Assembly: GCF_030028105.1 (NCBI RefSeq)
Contig: NC_092380.1
Coordinates: 12,117,123-12,181,122 of the forward strand
From: Mobula birostris
Taxonomy: Eukaryota
Length of the DNA stretch: 64,000 bases
Direction of reading: 5' to 3'
Below, one piece after another: positions 1 to 13,636 of this stretch (the first letter of the stretch is position 1; every line of letters starts with the position of its first letter). The position numbers were made by a program, and so were the translations under genes. Under the pieces are notes generated by a model. That model saw only the letters and a program-made list of their open reading frames with translations, searched no databases and was not told the origin of the DNA.

Positions 1-3000
1 ATGTCAGAAATTAATGGGAAATAGGAAAATGTTAATCATTTAAATTAAAAGTCTGTAATATTATCACAACCAATCCCTCATCTCAACATTGCCTTCAGTG
101 ACTCCCTATCATTGTGTACAAAAATACCAAAACCAATATCTGTGCCTTAAAATTCTTTCCCACCTCTGCAATTTCCTCTGTGCCACATTCCTGAACAATT
201 CCAATTATTACTTTTTCCATTTTATTTTTCTTTTCCAATATTGCTCTGGTATGCCAAGTCTCTTCTTTAAAAAAAAACAGAAAAATCTCCCACAAGTACT
301 GACAGCTTCCTCCTAATGTGTGACCCACAACTGATATATGCCTTAGAGAATATTGCTACAATAAATCTGCAAAATTTATTTTGTACTACACCTCAGAATA
401 GCTCAATAGCAGGATCAGAAGGCCTGAAAATCTAGGTTATATAAATTAATCAACTTCCATGCAGTACTATGCAATTGTGCTTGTTCAAAGCTGCCATCTC
501 TCAAAAGTGACATTAAGCAAATCTCTGTACCGTCTGATATTACCTGAAAAACAAAAGCGTTCTCCTGATCTCCTGTTGACATACATTCCTCCAAAAACAT
601 TGCCACAGAAATTAACAACTTATAACATTGATGTTAATTGGGTTCTCCTGTGTAGAGAATCACTGCAGATTGCCCACATAGGAGTGAAGAGCATGCAAAA
701 AGAGCTCACTGCCTATGAGATACTGTGAAACTCCCAAGGATGAAATAGATATTGAATGAATCTAGCTTCCCAAATTTTGTGTAAGCAGTTATAATTCCCC
801 CATCTGTAGAATGAGAGCATGAACTGAGAAAAAGCAAAAGCTAATGGCTCTTGAAACTCCAAAAATTGTTATTTACTAACTTATAATGTTCTATACCCAT
901 GAAAGGTCAACTCAGTAAAGATTTCCTTTCTCCTACCACAAAAATCAACACCACTTTTACTGCGCACTAGCTCTTAGAAACACCTATTTAGCACAGAGTA
1001 CAGATATTCAACCTAGTCTGTTCCTGCTTCTTCTATAGTCATTGGTCCCTAGTTGGGCATATAGCACATATGCAAGTTTGCTCACTATATTTGGACATGT
1101 GCATATGGAAGCCTATGGTACTTGAAAAGAAACTAGAAGTTCAACGTAGATAGGTTTTTATTTCTTTGAAGAGTGATGTAAAGAATTTTATCATCAGCTT
1201 CAAAATATTAATGATAAAAAATACAGGAAGGGAAGGTGAGATGGAGATAGCCCAAGTAACTTGTTGTTTTAACCTGGCCTCAGAACTGCAATAAATACAA
1301 GCACAGATGAGCAGTGTCAAAAAAGTAGATCAACAACCCCTGCAGAAGAATGATAAATAAATGTTACTAGATACAAATATAAAAAACGAGAAATCAAAAA
1401 AGGCAGTACTCCTGTGTGTTCATAGACAGAAAACACAATTTAACCCATAAGAATACATGCACCATATCCCCAATATACCACAGTGCACATAATAACACAG
1501 TTTCAGCAGCAAAAACAATCATGCTTAAAGTGATTGGTCGAGGGTAGTTGTTTTCATGCTGCGTTAGAGGATTTTTAAAATCTAAAACCTTATTCATCAA
1601 CTAAAAATGACGTGAAGCTTTTTGCAAGAATCAGATCCCCTACACGATCCCACGGGTGATGCTACCAACTACCACCAACAGGAGCAATGAGAACCAGACT
1701 ACAAGCTGCTCCATGTCATCCATCTCACCAGGATTCAAATGAAACAGACCCCTTCAGTGAACAACAGAAATTGTGCTGGTCTAATCATAGTTAACTGTGA
1801 TGCGTGTTTTAAAGTGTGACTTATATTTCGGCTCAGAGTCTAAGCCAGACTAGGTAAAATTAAAAAATGTTTAGTTCAGCATTTGACATTGGTAAATTAC
1901 CATTATAAAGTTAACACAAAATCAATGTGATTTTCTAAGGAACAAATTACAAATACCACAGTACGAGGATCTGTTTATAATTAGTAGAAATGTAAGTCAG
2001 AGGCCTCTGTTCACATTACAAACATTATGCTGCTTGCTGAAATTATCCGACTTTTTGGCAAATACCTAAGCTTTGGCTCAATTATGATCATGGAAGGACA
2101 CCAGAATTGTGATGCATCTTACAGTTTAATTAGTCATATATTCAAATTTCATTCATTAATCCAAATTTTCTATGAAAATGCTTATGGAGGGCCGAATGCA
2201 ATCTAATGCGTCTTATATGTGCGTAAGCCCTGGCAATCAGTTCTGCTGGTTATGTAAGGACAAACATTATAGCCAAGTCCAAACCTGTTTTCATCAAGTG
2301 TCCATACAATTATCATATGACGTCAGTCAGGAAACCAGCTCTATAACTGATGGGGTAGTACTTACACCACTGATTGAGATGAACTGAAATGGAATAGTTC
2401 TAACTATGACATGAGATCTTTTAGACTTTAAGGCAGTGCCTTCAGTTGAAATCAACAGGAACTAGAGATTTGAGTTTTCATGTATGAATGCCACAATTAC
2501 TTACAGATGGTTAAAAAAAAATAGCAAATGAAAGCAGGTGAAGGCTAGTATAGTTAAGCTGAATAACTTGCCTGTACTCATTTTCTATGCTTAAGCAGGA
2601 GTTAAAAGTACTTTGAAAAAGCTATGTGAAAGTTGCATGGAACAAAATATTAACAACTTCAAGGGTAAAGTAAGTTAACTAACAAATACTGCATACCCCA
2701 GCAGCACAATGAAAATTAATTTCCACTAATTTACAGATATCTACCATTTCAAGTAATGGACTGATTGCTTAAATGTCACTGTGGTGCCCATTTTATCAAT
2801 GGTTTGTATCCTGACTAAAGATTCCTGAGCATTCTTGCAAGCCACTCCTCATCATCAGTTCATTCTGATTTCTCCCAATCAGAGCAGTTTGGACATGGTT
2901 AGCAGTGGTCCTGCAGATACCATACACAGCAAGTACACCAACGTAGGGTGTGTCTCCGTAAACTGGATATCTGTGGCCGACTCTGAGGACCCATTGTACA

Positions 3001-3949
3001 GAATAGCAACTATGCAAAGACAGCTGTGAAATTGACAAATATAAGCAAAAGGTGTGGGGATGAAAGGATTCTGGCTAAGTCCATCACCAGAAATATTATC
3101 TTGGTATTAAAAATGTTGCTTCATTAGTCATAAAATCAAAGGAATAAAAAAAATCTTATTTTTCCTAACCATTTTTAAGCATGAAGTGGTTTTAGTGAGA
3201 TAGTTAATCATATAAAACATCAGAATACTTTGTGGCGATTGGTCCCCTGTATTTCTGGAAAAACACAAACATAACCAATCAGATCACACTCTGACTCCTT
3301 TGCTGTTAGACACAACCCCCACCCACCATAATGCCAGAAAAAGAAAAAAAACTTAAATCTTAAAATATATTTCAAATTAATGTAGTTTTAAAGAGGTGAT
3401 ATTCCATTAGACTATTTTTATGACCTGTACAGGCACCTGAAATCAAAAGTAGATGCAAAAGTGATTATTATACCTTAAATGAGATCAGAATGCAATATGA
3501 AAATTGGGAAGAAGAGCAGGTCACAAATAACTTTCTGCATTCAGAACTATGGTACCCTACTTAGCACCATTACAACTCAGAGGTCTATGGCTCCTAGGCT
3601 GTGTAGAACAGAACGCTCTGCAATAAATAGTATCAACTATCACAGAGCTGTGACAATCTCTGTACCATGTCACACAGATGAAGAAAAAGACAAAGTCACC
3701 AAAGAAAAAAAAGATGGGTGTCTGTCACTACTTGTTTAAACTTCCACTATAAATTTCATGATCTAGCTTTTGTAAGTTTTACTCCTGTGGCTAAATGGGG
3801 ATGTGGGCAATTTCAACTTTTGACTCCAATAATAGGTAGTTCACAAAGATTCTAGCAGCATAGATAGGAAAAGACAGATAAGAATCCAACATTGAGCCAT
3901 TTGCTGGATATTTCCAAATCTCTGAATTACCAATGAAATAGTTAAGATA

Positions 3950-4120
3950 TAAAAACAGAATATATTGCAAATACACAGCAGGTCAGCAACATCTGTGGGG
4001 AGTGAAACTGGTTCTGATGAAAGCTCATCAACCAGAAATACTGCTTTTTTCACTCTAAATGCCACCTGACCTGTTGTGTATTTCCAATGTTCCTTTTTCG
4101 TTGTCAGCACCTGCATCTTT
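3950..4120. repeat. Penelope-derived foldback repeat with hammerhead-like core
   Basis: Inverted arms (aaatacacagcaggtcag / ctgacctgttgtgtattt) flank CTGATGA...GAAA at about 4014-4036. Confidence 0.65.
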
Positions 4121-4489
4121 TTATTGGCATATGTGAAATATCAAACTTGCTGTAAAGGACAAGGAAAAGGAAGATCTCCTCTTTAAAATCTTATATAATG
4201 CTGCAACATAACATTTTCATAATTGTTAATCATGATTTGCATATCATACATAATGTTACAATCAGTCATCTCTCTCCATCCCAAACCTTTGCATTTCTGC
4301 AATGGAAATTATGATACATCAAGAAACATTTAGCTCCCATTTCCCAACTACATAAATACATTAAATAGCCTTCCAGTTCACTTTCCAAATGAAACTGCTG
4401 TCTTTGCTGGAATACTGTACTACCTGTACTCAATGTTCAGCAGCACATTAATTTAAGTCAAGCCTAATTTGCAAATATGAACATACTGT

Positions 4490-4670
4490 TGGCATTGAGA
4501 AGTCTTAAGACCTGTATTCAACGTTTTAAGAGCAGTTATCTCCCCTCTGCCATCAGATTTGTGAACAGTTCATGACACTGCCTCCTTGTACTATTGATTT
4601 TAATAAGTTTTAGTAATTTTTATATCTTGCACTGTACATTGCAGCAAAACTCAAATTTCATGACATCTGA
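4490..4670 (+). mobile_element. Rex1/Babar-type LINE 3' end fragment
   Basis: RSLK...RFKSSY.P..IRF.N-like C-terminus followed by the typical tail (gcaaaactcaaatttcatgac). Confidence 0.55.
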
Positions 4671-6373
4671 CCAGGCTTTTGTCACTCCACCACTCCCTAC
4701 CATCTTAATCTTTCCCTGTCAATGTTTAGTTTATTATAAGGGGAGTGGGGGGTTCTGAGGTAACAACAATTATCCATATAGGTGTCTAAAGGCTGGAGGT
4801 CACAAGTTAAAAAGTGAGATATTCTGTGGGTATAAATTTTGTTGTTTAAATATTAATTGTCTCCTTTCTACAGCAGCCTGAAAATGGAGCTGGGGTTTTA
4901 TCACAGAAGATCAAGGATGTTTTGCTTTACTTTTGATTTTGCTGAGATATAGCTTATTATTTTTTGATAATGTACTTTGAATTTTGAATATAGCTTACAA
5001 CTGTATGACTCAATTTAATATTGCCCTCAGTAGGCCTGTGAGCACCAAGGCAAGCTGGGAAGTTGATGCTGAGCTGGTTATCATGTTGCTGACTGATACG
5101 GTATTTCCCTTGACACCAACAAAGATCCATGAATAGAAACACAAGGTTAGAAAGGTGACTTTACAAGTATATGATTTGCTGCATCTGCAGTTGTTGCAGG
5201 ACAGCTGCCAAAACTCTGAAACTGTCCATAAAATAAATGTGAGAAATCAGCATTAATTGCAGTTTTTATGAATCCATTAATTAGGCTGGAGGTTAATACC
5301 TTTTTGTTTTGATTAGTCAGATCAACTATAAGCAAGGGAAAGAGAACTAAATGAATCTTCAACTTTATTTTGTGGGCAGTAGCCCACCCCAGTGACCCTC
5401 ATCTCTGGTGTTGCAGCCATAAATTCAGGGTTGCAGAGATCACAGGAGCTCTTCTATGAAATTAAAATAGATCTTAATGGAAAGTACAATACAGAATACT
5501 TGCTGCCTCAAAGTACAAAGGCTGAAGGGGTTAGATGATTTTCACCATCTCTAAACTACTTTGGAGTTAGAAAGTCTTTAATGATGACTCAGAGTTGGCT
5601 AGTTCTCGAAAGAACAAACAAAGATCATTTACCTTGAAAATTGCTTTTAAGAACTGCTTCCAGATAAACTGGAGAACACTAGGAATTACAACACTCCTAC
5701 TACATTGTAGTGGCATACAATTTAAAAATAAGCAATCTGAAAAGGAAGGATGAAGAGAGATGAATGAATTCAACTCCATAACAGTTAATATCTATGAATA
5801 TTATGATAAACTATTATCTTAAGGGAAGGCTTGTAGCAGTGGACAAAGATCAAAAAATAATTTCTAAAATGTTTTTTTAAGCTGAATAGCTTTATGACTA
5901 GCAACCATTTCCAGCCAAGCACCATTTTCCAAATTAATTCACTATCAACCAGAAATTGATTTGATTCAGTGAACAGACAGTATCAACAAAATGATTCTAA
6001 GCATCAAGTACTGTCACAAGCAAACTAAGACTTGACTACATAATTAACTATATAATTGGTAAAGGCAACCTGGTGCAAGTCTCGATAAGCAACTACAGTT
6101 CTGGGTCTTTAATTGGTTTCAGTGAAATGTAACTGATAAAGGACAGATATAGGAATAAGTAACAATACTAACTTCATGAATATATAATTTAAGACTATGA
6201 TGACAGGCACAGTAGATGCAGTTCTACTGTCAAGCTGATCAGTGAAAGAGGAACAGTTTTGGAAAATGCCACTAATTGGAAATGGCTTTAAAACTGCCAC
6301 AAAGTTTAATTGCTTCTTTAGCTGTTCTAGGTATTAAGAGTTACCACAGAAATGTTTTTAAAATAGTGCTTAC

Positions 6374-6427
6374 CTTTGAGCCACGCTCATTAAATATAAT
6401 TTCTACATCTATGATTTTACCAAATTG
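6374..6427 (-). CDS. RBFOX2: RBFOX2 54-nt RRM exon QFGKIIDVEIIFNERGSK
   Basis: Acceptor ttttctctgcag|, donor |gtaagc. Size and peptide match the conserved 54-nt RBFOX RRM exon. Confidence 0.97.
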
Positions 6428-6553
6428 CTGCAGAGAAAATAAAATAAGAATTTGTTAGCATAAATATCAGTTAAAATTCTATTCCAAGTTCTATTTTGCA
6501 TACATGCCCCATTCTCTTATAGGTGTTAACTCCTCCTGAAATAGATGTGAAGA

Positions 6554-6860
6554 CAGGTCCTCCCTAGGTTACGAACATATGGACAGTGAATACATATGGA
6601 TGCATGTTTGGGAGAATGGCAGAATGGATTTGTTGGCTGCTGCAGGCATTTTTTTACCATGCGGGAACTTGGTTTTGAAGTAAACATTGCAGTTTGCAGA
6701 GAAATTACAATAGTTGTATTAAACTCCCTGTTTTAACTATATGGTGGCATTTGGTTTTATTTAAATATATTGCCATGTGGCCACATTTCCAACTTGCGAA
6801 TTAGTTGGGTTAAGAACAGTTCTCAGAAATGGAACTCTGTCATAACCTGAGGAGGAACTG
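6554..6860. mobile_element. Degraded Tigger/pogo-like MITE
   Basis: Imperfect TIRs caggtcctccctaggttacgaac ... gtcataacctgaggaggaactg, followed by TA. Confidence 0.55.
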
Positions 6861-6879
6861 TATCATATTTCTTAACTTA

Positions 6880-7080
6880 TAAGAAACAGGAGTAGCCATT
6901 TGGCCCCTCTTACCTGCTCCACCATTTAATAAGAGCACAGTCAACTTGATCATTATTCTCAAATCCAATTACCTCCTTGATGCCCATAACTTTCAATTAC
7001 CTATAGGCCAATAGTCTGAACTAGCCCTGAACATACTTAAATGACTCAGCAGTCAATCTTTTTGAAAATTTATTCCGTAA
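6880..7080 (-). mobile_element. CR1 LINE 3' tail fragment
   Basis: taagaaacaggagtagccatttggccc is the reverse complement of the CR1 tail at 10430-10478. Confidence 0.55.
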
Positions 7081-7329
7081 ACTTTCAAGGCTACATAACC
7101 CAGGACATTATAGCAAGTCTGATCCTGTCTCTCTCATCTACAGAAATGGATTTTCAAATAGAATTACCAGAAAAGGAGTGGCATCTGACTAGAAGTCACT
7201 ACTTCTAAGAGAGGTTATGCACTACTGCACAAACCAGAGGCTAAGCCCATTAGGTTGTGATTTCCTAATAGAACAATTTTATAACAAGTTCTTTAATTCA
7301 TCTGATTTAATCAGACAGGCTTCAAATTT

Positions 7330-8075
7330 GTGAAAATCAGTCTGCAGCGGTGACTCTGAGCTCCCTGTTACCTACTATTTCAATTACTCACCAAACTCCC
7401 ACTCTGATCTAATTGGTCTATGGTCTCCTGTACCCAAGGCAGTCTGAAGAACAGTACTTCATTTTCTGTCTGGGCACACTGTAGCTTTCTATGTTGAATT
7501 CCACAACTCTTTCTTGGTTTGCATTAGTCATCCATAATACAGGTCGACCTCCACTAATCCGGCACCATTGGGACCTGAGGAGTGCCGAATTAGTGAAAAT
7601 GCTGAATTACAGAAGGATCACATTAAGCATAATCAGCGCTGGATTATCGAAGGACCTGGATTACAGGTAGTCGGATTAGTGAAGGTCGACCTGTATCAGG
7701 TTATTTTGTTTTTGATTTCTTCCTAGAAAATGACTGTCACCTTTTGTTTTTTTTCTTTCCTTTTTTAACCTCTGTGATTGGAGACCATAGCCAGCCTGAC
7801 CCAACTAGCACTGTTTTTGGTCTAGGTTCTTGTATCTGTGTTCTTACCCTCCAATTGCTCTTATTTACTCATTGACCAAATAGGCTTGGTTACAGTCTAT
7901 CCCCATAGTCACAGTGGGTTTACCCTATCACAGACCTTTCCCTCCCCCACCTTCACTGTAGCTTTGTCCCTTCTTGGTTCTGATAAAGGATGACAGACCT
8001 GAATCAGTGAATCTGTTTCCTTTCCTACAAATGTGGCCTGACCAGCTGAATGTTTCCAGCATATTCTGTTTTCCT
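7330..8075 (+). mobile_element. Penelope-like element remnant (GIY-YIG C-terminus plus pLTR), interrupted by a MITE
   Basis: ELPV..YFN...SHSDL / EEQYFIFCLGTL-like residues at 7335-7500. pLTR-type repeat with a decayed hammerhead core at 7975-8075. Confidence 0.65.
7540..7693. mobile_element. 154-bp Tc1/mariner-superfamily (Tigger-like) MITE
   Basis: TIRs CAGGTCGACCT(C/T)CACTAATCCG at both ends, with TA target duplication at 7538-39 and 7694-95. Confidence 0.9.
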
Positions 8076-8154
8076 TGTGAGTTTGAATTAATCTCCAGAA
8101 ATATTACTTCAACAAAGTCATCATCATGGGGAGACACGATGATCTTAAAATGCT

Positions 8155-10479
8155 ATCTCAGATCCAGTCCTGTGCAATGAGACAGGTAAGATTAATGATC
8201 TTGTAGTCAGGGATCCTCTTGGAAAGAGTGATCATAGTATAATTGTATTTTGCATACAGATGGAGGATGAAATAGTTAGATCTAACACTAGTGTATTATG
8301 CTTGAATGAGGGAGACTACAACAGGATGAAGGAGGAGTTGGCTAATGTGGATTGGGAGCACAGGCTATTTGGTAGGACAGTTGAATATTTCAAAGCGTGC
8401 TCAACAAAAGTATATTCCAGTCAAAAGTAAGGACAGTAAGTGTGGGGACAGCCAGCCTTGGATAACTAAGGAAATAAAAGATAGTATTAAATTAAAAGCC
8501 CATGTGTACAAAGTCACAAAGAGTAGTGGGAAACTGGAGGATTTGGAAAACTCTAAGAACAACAAAGAACAACTAAACAAGAAAAGATAAAGTATGAAAG
8601 TAAATTAGCACATAATATAAAAAGATAGCAAAAGTTTTTATAAATATATAAAGCAGAAGAGGGTAGCTAAAGGCAACGTAGGTCCCTTGGAAGATGAAAA
8701 GGGGAAATTGATATTGGGTGATAAGGAAATGGCTGAGGCATTGAACGACTATTCTGTGTCGGTCTTTATGGTGGAGGACACACCTAATATGCCAAAGAAT
8801 GATGTTATGGATGAAATGGGAGGTGAGGACCTTGATAAAATCACTGTCACTAAAGAGATAGTGATGAGCAAACTAGAGGGCATGAAGGTAGATAAGTCCC
8901 CTGGTCCTGATGGGATGCATCCCAGGGTGCTGAGGGAATTGGTGGAGGTTATAGTAGACGTGTTGGTAATCATTTACCAAATCTCTCTAACTCTGGGCAG
9001 GTCCTGGCGGATTGGAAGACAGCAAATGTCACACCACTTTTTAAAAAGGATGTAGGCAAAAGACAGGCAACTATAGGCAAGTTAGCTTAAAATGTGTAGT
9101 CGGGAAAATGCTTGAAGCTGTCATTAAGGAAGAAATAGTGAAACATTTAGAAAGGAGTGGTTCTATCAGACAGACACAGCATGGATTCAGAAAAGGCAGG
9201 TCCTGTTTGACAAACTTACTGGAGTTCTTTGAGAACATAATGAGTGCAATGGATAGAGGGGAAACAGGTGGATGTCGTATACTTGGCTTTCCAAAAGGCA
9301 TTCGATAAGGTGCCGCACAAGAGACTTATAAATAAGATATGGATGCATGGAGTTGGAGGAAGTGTATTAGCATGGATAGTGGATTGGTTAACCAATAGAA
9401 GGCAGAGAGTTGGTATAAATGGGTGTTTCTCCGGTTGGCAGTCAGTGGTGAGTGGGGTGCCGCAGGGGTCGGTGCTGAACCTGCAGCTGTTTATCATTTA
9501 CATTGATGATTTGTAAGAGGGGACTGAGTGTAGCGTAGCAAAATTTGCTGATGACACTAAACTGAGTGGAAAGCAAATTGTACAGAGGATGTGGAGAGTC
9601 TGCAGAGGGATACAGATAGGTTAAGTGAGTGGGCCAAGGTCTGGCAGATGGTCTACAATGTTGGTAAATGCGAGGTCATCCACTTTGGAAGGAATAATAG
9701 AAGAGGAGATTACTATTTAAATGGTGAAAGATTGCAGCATGCTGTTGTGCAGAGGGACTTGAGAGTGCTTGTGCATGAATCGCAAAAAGTTGGCTTGCAG
9801 GTACAACAGGTTATTAAGAAGGCAAATGGAATGTTGGCCTTCATTGGTAGAGGGATTGAATTCAAGGGCAGGGAGGTCATGCTGCAGCTATACAGGGTAT
9901 GGGTGAGGCCACACCTGGAGTACTGTGTGCAGTTCTGGTCTCCATACTAAAAGAAGAATACACTGGCTTCGGAGGCAGTGCAGAGGAAGTTCACCAGGTT
10001 GATTCCAGAGATGAAGGGGTTAACCTATGAAGAGCGATTCAGTCGCCTGGGACTATACTCTCTGGAATTCAGAAGAATGAGAGGGGATCTTATAGAAACA
10101 CACAAAATTATGAAAGGGATAGACAAGATAGAAGTAGGAAGGTTGTTTCCATTGGTAGGTGAGACTAGAACTAAGGGACATTGTCTCAAGATTCAGGGGC
10201 GAAGATTTAGGACGGAGATGAGGACAAACTGTTTTTCCCAGAGAGTGGTGAATCTGTGGAATTCTCTGCCCAGGGAAGTTGAGGCTTCTTCACTATATAT
10301 ATTTAAGATACAGTTAGATAGATTTTTACATAGTAGGGGAATTAAGGGTTATGGGGAAAAGACAGGTAGATGGAGCTGAGTTTACAGACAGATCAGCCAT
10401 GATCTTATTAAACGGCGGGACAGGCTCGATGGGCCAGATGTCCTACTCCTGCTCCTATTTCTTATGTTCTTATGTTATG
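8155..10479 (+). mobile_element. 5'-truncated CR1 LINE (ORF2 EN C-terminus plus RT, frameshifted)
   Basis: ORF fragments with KSPGPDGMHPRVL, QHGFRKGRSCLTNLLEFF, FQKAFDKVPH, GVPQGSVL, KFADD, RPHLEYCVQFWSP, RRMRGDLIE. Ends in a cttatgtt repeat tail. Confidence 0.96.
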
Positions 10480-13400
10480 ATCACCTTTTGCCCACCTAAC
10501 CTCTCTCTTATTTCAGTATCTACAGAAACAAATCCTTCCTCAGAAGCCAAGGCAGCACAGGATACCAAAACTTTTAAAATTTTCTAGGGCCAAAATTAAA
10601 ACAATAATCCACATAGAATGGCCACTGAGCTGAAAAAGTAATGCTGCTTTTCTCTACAGAAGCTACACATAATGATCAACTTCATTTATGAGCATTTTCC
10701 TCAGATTTCCAGAATTTACTGTACTTTGCAATTCTGTTGTGGTTAAGGAAGCAAAATAATTAAAACAGTGAAAAACAGAAAAACAAAGTTTCCATGTGAA
10801 AAGCTGCCTCTGACAAGTGGCTACACTGGAAAGTTTCCTACTGAAATGTAAGATTGGACCTAATTCAAATTCAAATGATTTATTGCAATAGGCATTTAAA
10901 ATTTTTTATATGGTGTTAATTCTCTCAAATTATGAAACATGGACCTTGCTAAACTGGCAGAAAGGCCACTCAGAGGTGGCAGAAACAGACAATTTTTTTT
11001 CACTTACAAAGTGTTCCTGAACCTTATTTCCCCAAAAGTTAATTTTAATGATTTTGTTTAACTTCATCCTTGGCCTTTCCTCACTCTCTCTCTAAATGAC
11101 CTATTAGCCCACTGCAGCAATTCATCCAACTTCTTTGTTGCTTGGACTCTACACCTTTTCATCTGAGCAATGACAATACAGCTTACAGCAACCAAGAACC
11201 CACCCTTGGGTGCTCCTTCAATTATCTTTCCATTTGCTCACTCCTCTTCCAAGATATTCTTCTAAAAAACTTCCACTCTTTCACATTCCCAGTATTTTCT
11301 TTTCAGTCACTCCCCCTGCCCCTCCTTTTTGATTCTGTTAAATGCTTTTTGACATCTTCCTTCATTGAAAGTGCTTAATTCACACACATTATTGTTTTAC
11401 TCTGCCACCACTTTGTATTCAGATTCTTGGTGACTGGCATTCTGGTTCCTGGGGTCTGTGCTGTAATTCCATTATTCCAACAGCAAGCTTTTCATTGCCC
11501 TGTGAATCTGCTGCCAGGATAAGTAGTTAGGTTAATAGGGCAGTTTACAGCCACTGGCAAGCCAGAATCAAAATTCAAACAAAGCAAATATAAAACTTAC
11601 TATACTTCAACTGCTGGAGGGAATTTTTTTTATATGTCTACCTTGCATGCCTTACTGTGTCAAGATTTCATTGTAAAACTGAGCATAAAACACAATTTCA
11701 GTCTTGATAGTTTTGCCCTGTAATTTCTTGTATGATACCACAAAACAGAAATTTAAAATCCAAGCATGGCAATTGTGTATGTTTAACACTGGAGATAGCA
11801 AACAGTCTGGGCAGATGTTTTTGCATCAAAGAATCTTAATAAATCACTTACAATTAATACATTAAAAGTTCATCTAACCAACTATGCACATACATTTTTC
11901 ACACCATTCATGTCCTATTATCATGTTTATTAACAATGATTTAATTTACAAGTTCAACTGGCTATAATCAACATAGTGACTTGTACTCTAGGCCCTGATG
12001 TAGCAAAGTTCAACAGCTTCGCAGTTACAATTGTTCAATGCACTATGAATCAAAAATAATTTGCCACATTATGAATTAGTGCTAAGTCAAATGCAACAAT
12101 TGCCACAATTACTTATTACATTAATATGAAATAGAATGCATCCAGCTGTGTGCATTATACCTCATTAACATGAAAAGGGCAGGACAGAAAATTGGGCATT
12201 TCGTTCTTTGAACTTATAATGACATGGGAGACTAATAGGCCATTGATCCATGTTAGCTCACAGGAAAGCAACCCCATTAGCTCAATTTACCCTCTTCTTA
12301 CTTCCCTGTACCTCTGCAACTTACTCTTGCACATTGCTGATGAACTCAGTTTTGATTCTTTCTGATATTTGCCACTGTCAAGCCCACAGGGTCTGTGCTG
12401 GCTCGTTGTAGAGTGATCTATTCCCATGCTCTTTCTCTACAACTTATTTTCCCTCAAGTGCACATTGAGTTCTCTTTGAAATCATTGTTGGCTCTTATTT
12501 CCAAGATCTTTACGAGCAGAGAGCCTCCAAATTGTAACCACTCCTTGCATAAAAAGGATTTCTCTAAGATCTCCCGCGAACCTTTGCTTCAACATTTCAG
12601 ATCTGTAGCCCAATGATTGAACCATCAATTAATGAAAATAGACGCTATCTACCGTATAATGATAATGTACACATCCATAAACTATCCCCTCAAACTCTGT
12701 TACTTTGAGAATAATCCCAGCCTCTCCTGTCTATTGGTAGCCAGTTAGGCTGCTACCAGAATAATGTATCCAGCTCTGGTCACCTCACTTCTAAAAGATT
12801 GTGAAATGTCTCAGAGAGTTTGCAAAGAGAAAATTCACTAGAATGGTCTGTTATAGGGTACAGAATATAATAATTTACATTGAATATTTTTATTTAAATT
12901 TCTCTGAGCACTTCTCATTTTTCATTCGCTGTGAGGACATGGAATAAAATTCCCACAAGTACATCCTAACAAGGCTGGCAACTGTCGACAGCTGCATACG
13001 CAAACATAGTGATACCTCTAGCATTTTGGCACAGTTATACTAAGTAAGCCTAGGGGCAATATTTATCAATTTATATTTCTAAAGTGCAATTTATATGCTA
13101 AACATACTGTAAAAATAGATCAAAGGTAATAAATATTGGTAAAGTTCATAACCTAGATGGATAGTAGGTAATTCTGCATGTTAAATTTCAACTTCACAGA
13201 ACTGGAAGGATATTTTCCAATTTCCTTTCCAAAGTTAATTTTCCAGTAGCAAGAAAATACAATTCTGCTCTTATTTAGCTATCTTACAAACACTACACTT
13301 CAAGATCTTGATATGAAAATGCAGTTATAAGCAACCACACTATGTCACTTCAATTCGAATTTTTAAAATCTCTTATTAAGATTCTCTCAAAGCATTGCTG

Positions 13401-13492
13401 GTAAATTCCCTTTGAGTCAACACGACCAACCAAATGGAAAATCATTTTTGCCTGAAACTTTAAACAGAGCTCCAGTAATAGCTCTTCCTTAC

Positions 13493-13636
13493 CCCAAACA
13501 TTTGCCTGAGGTCAGGATCACGGAATCGAAAGGGAATGTTGGAAACATGAAGCCGTTTAGGTATGGGTTTGCTCTCATTGCTCTCTGTACTCTGTGTTTG
13601 TTGTTGTCCATCTGTCTGTGCTGCTTCATCTGTCTG
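13493..13636 (-). CDS. RBFOX2: RBFOX2 coding exon (144 nt), linker plus RRM start with RNP2: [48 protein letters not shown]
   Basis: Manual translation gives [22 protein letters not shown], the invariant Fox-1 RRM start. Acceptor tctttcag|CAG, donor |gtaagg. Confidence 0.98.

Noticed and set aside
2760-2860. Box C/D snoRNA from TGATGATGA on the minus strand
   Set aside because: No CTGA D box or terminal stem at a suitable distance.
1-6373. 93-nt RRM exon (GFGFVTFE...GRKIE)
   Set aside because: Searched by eye on the minus strand and not found; it probably lies left of the window.
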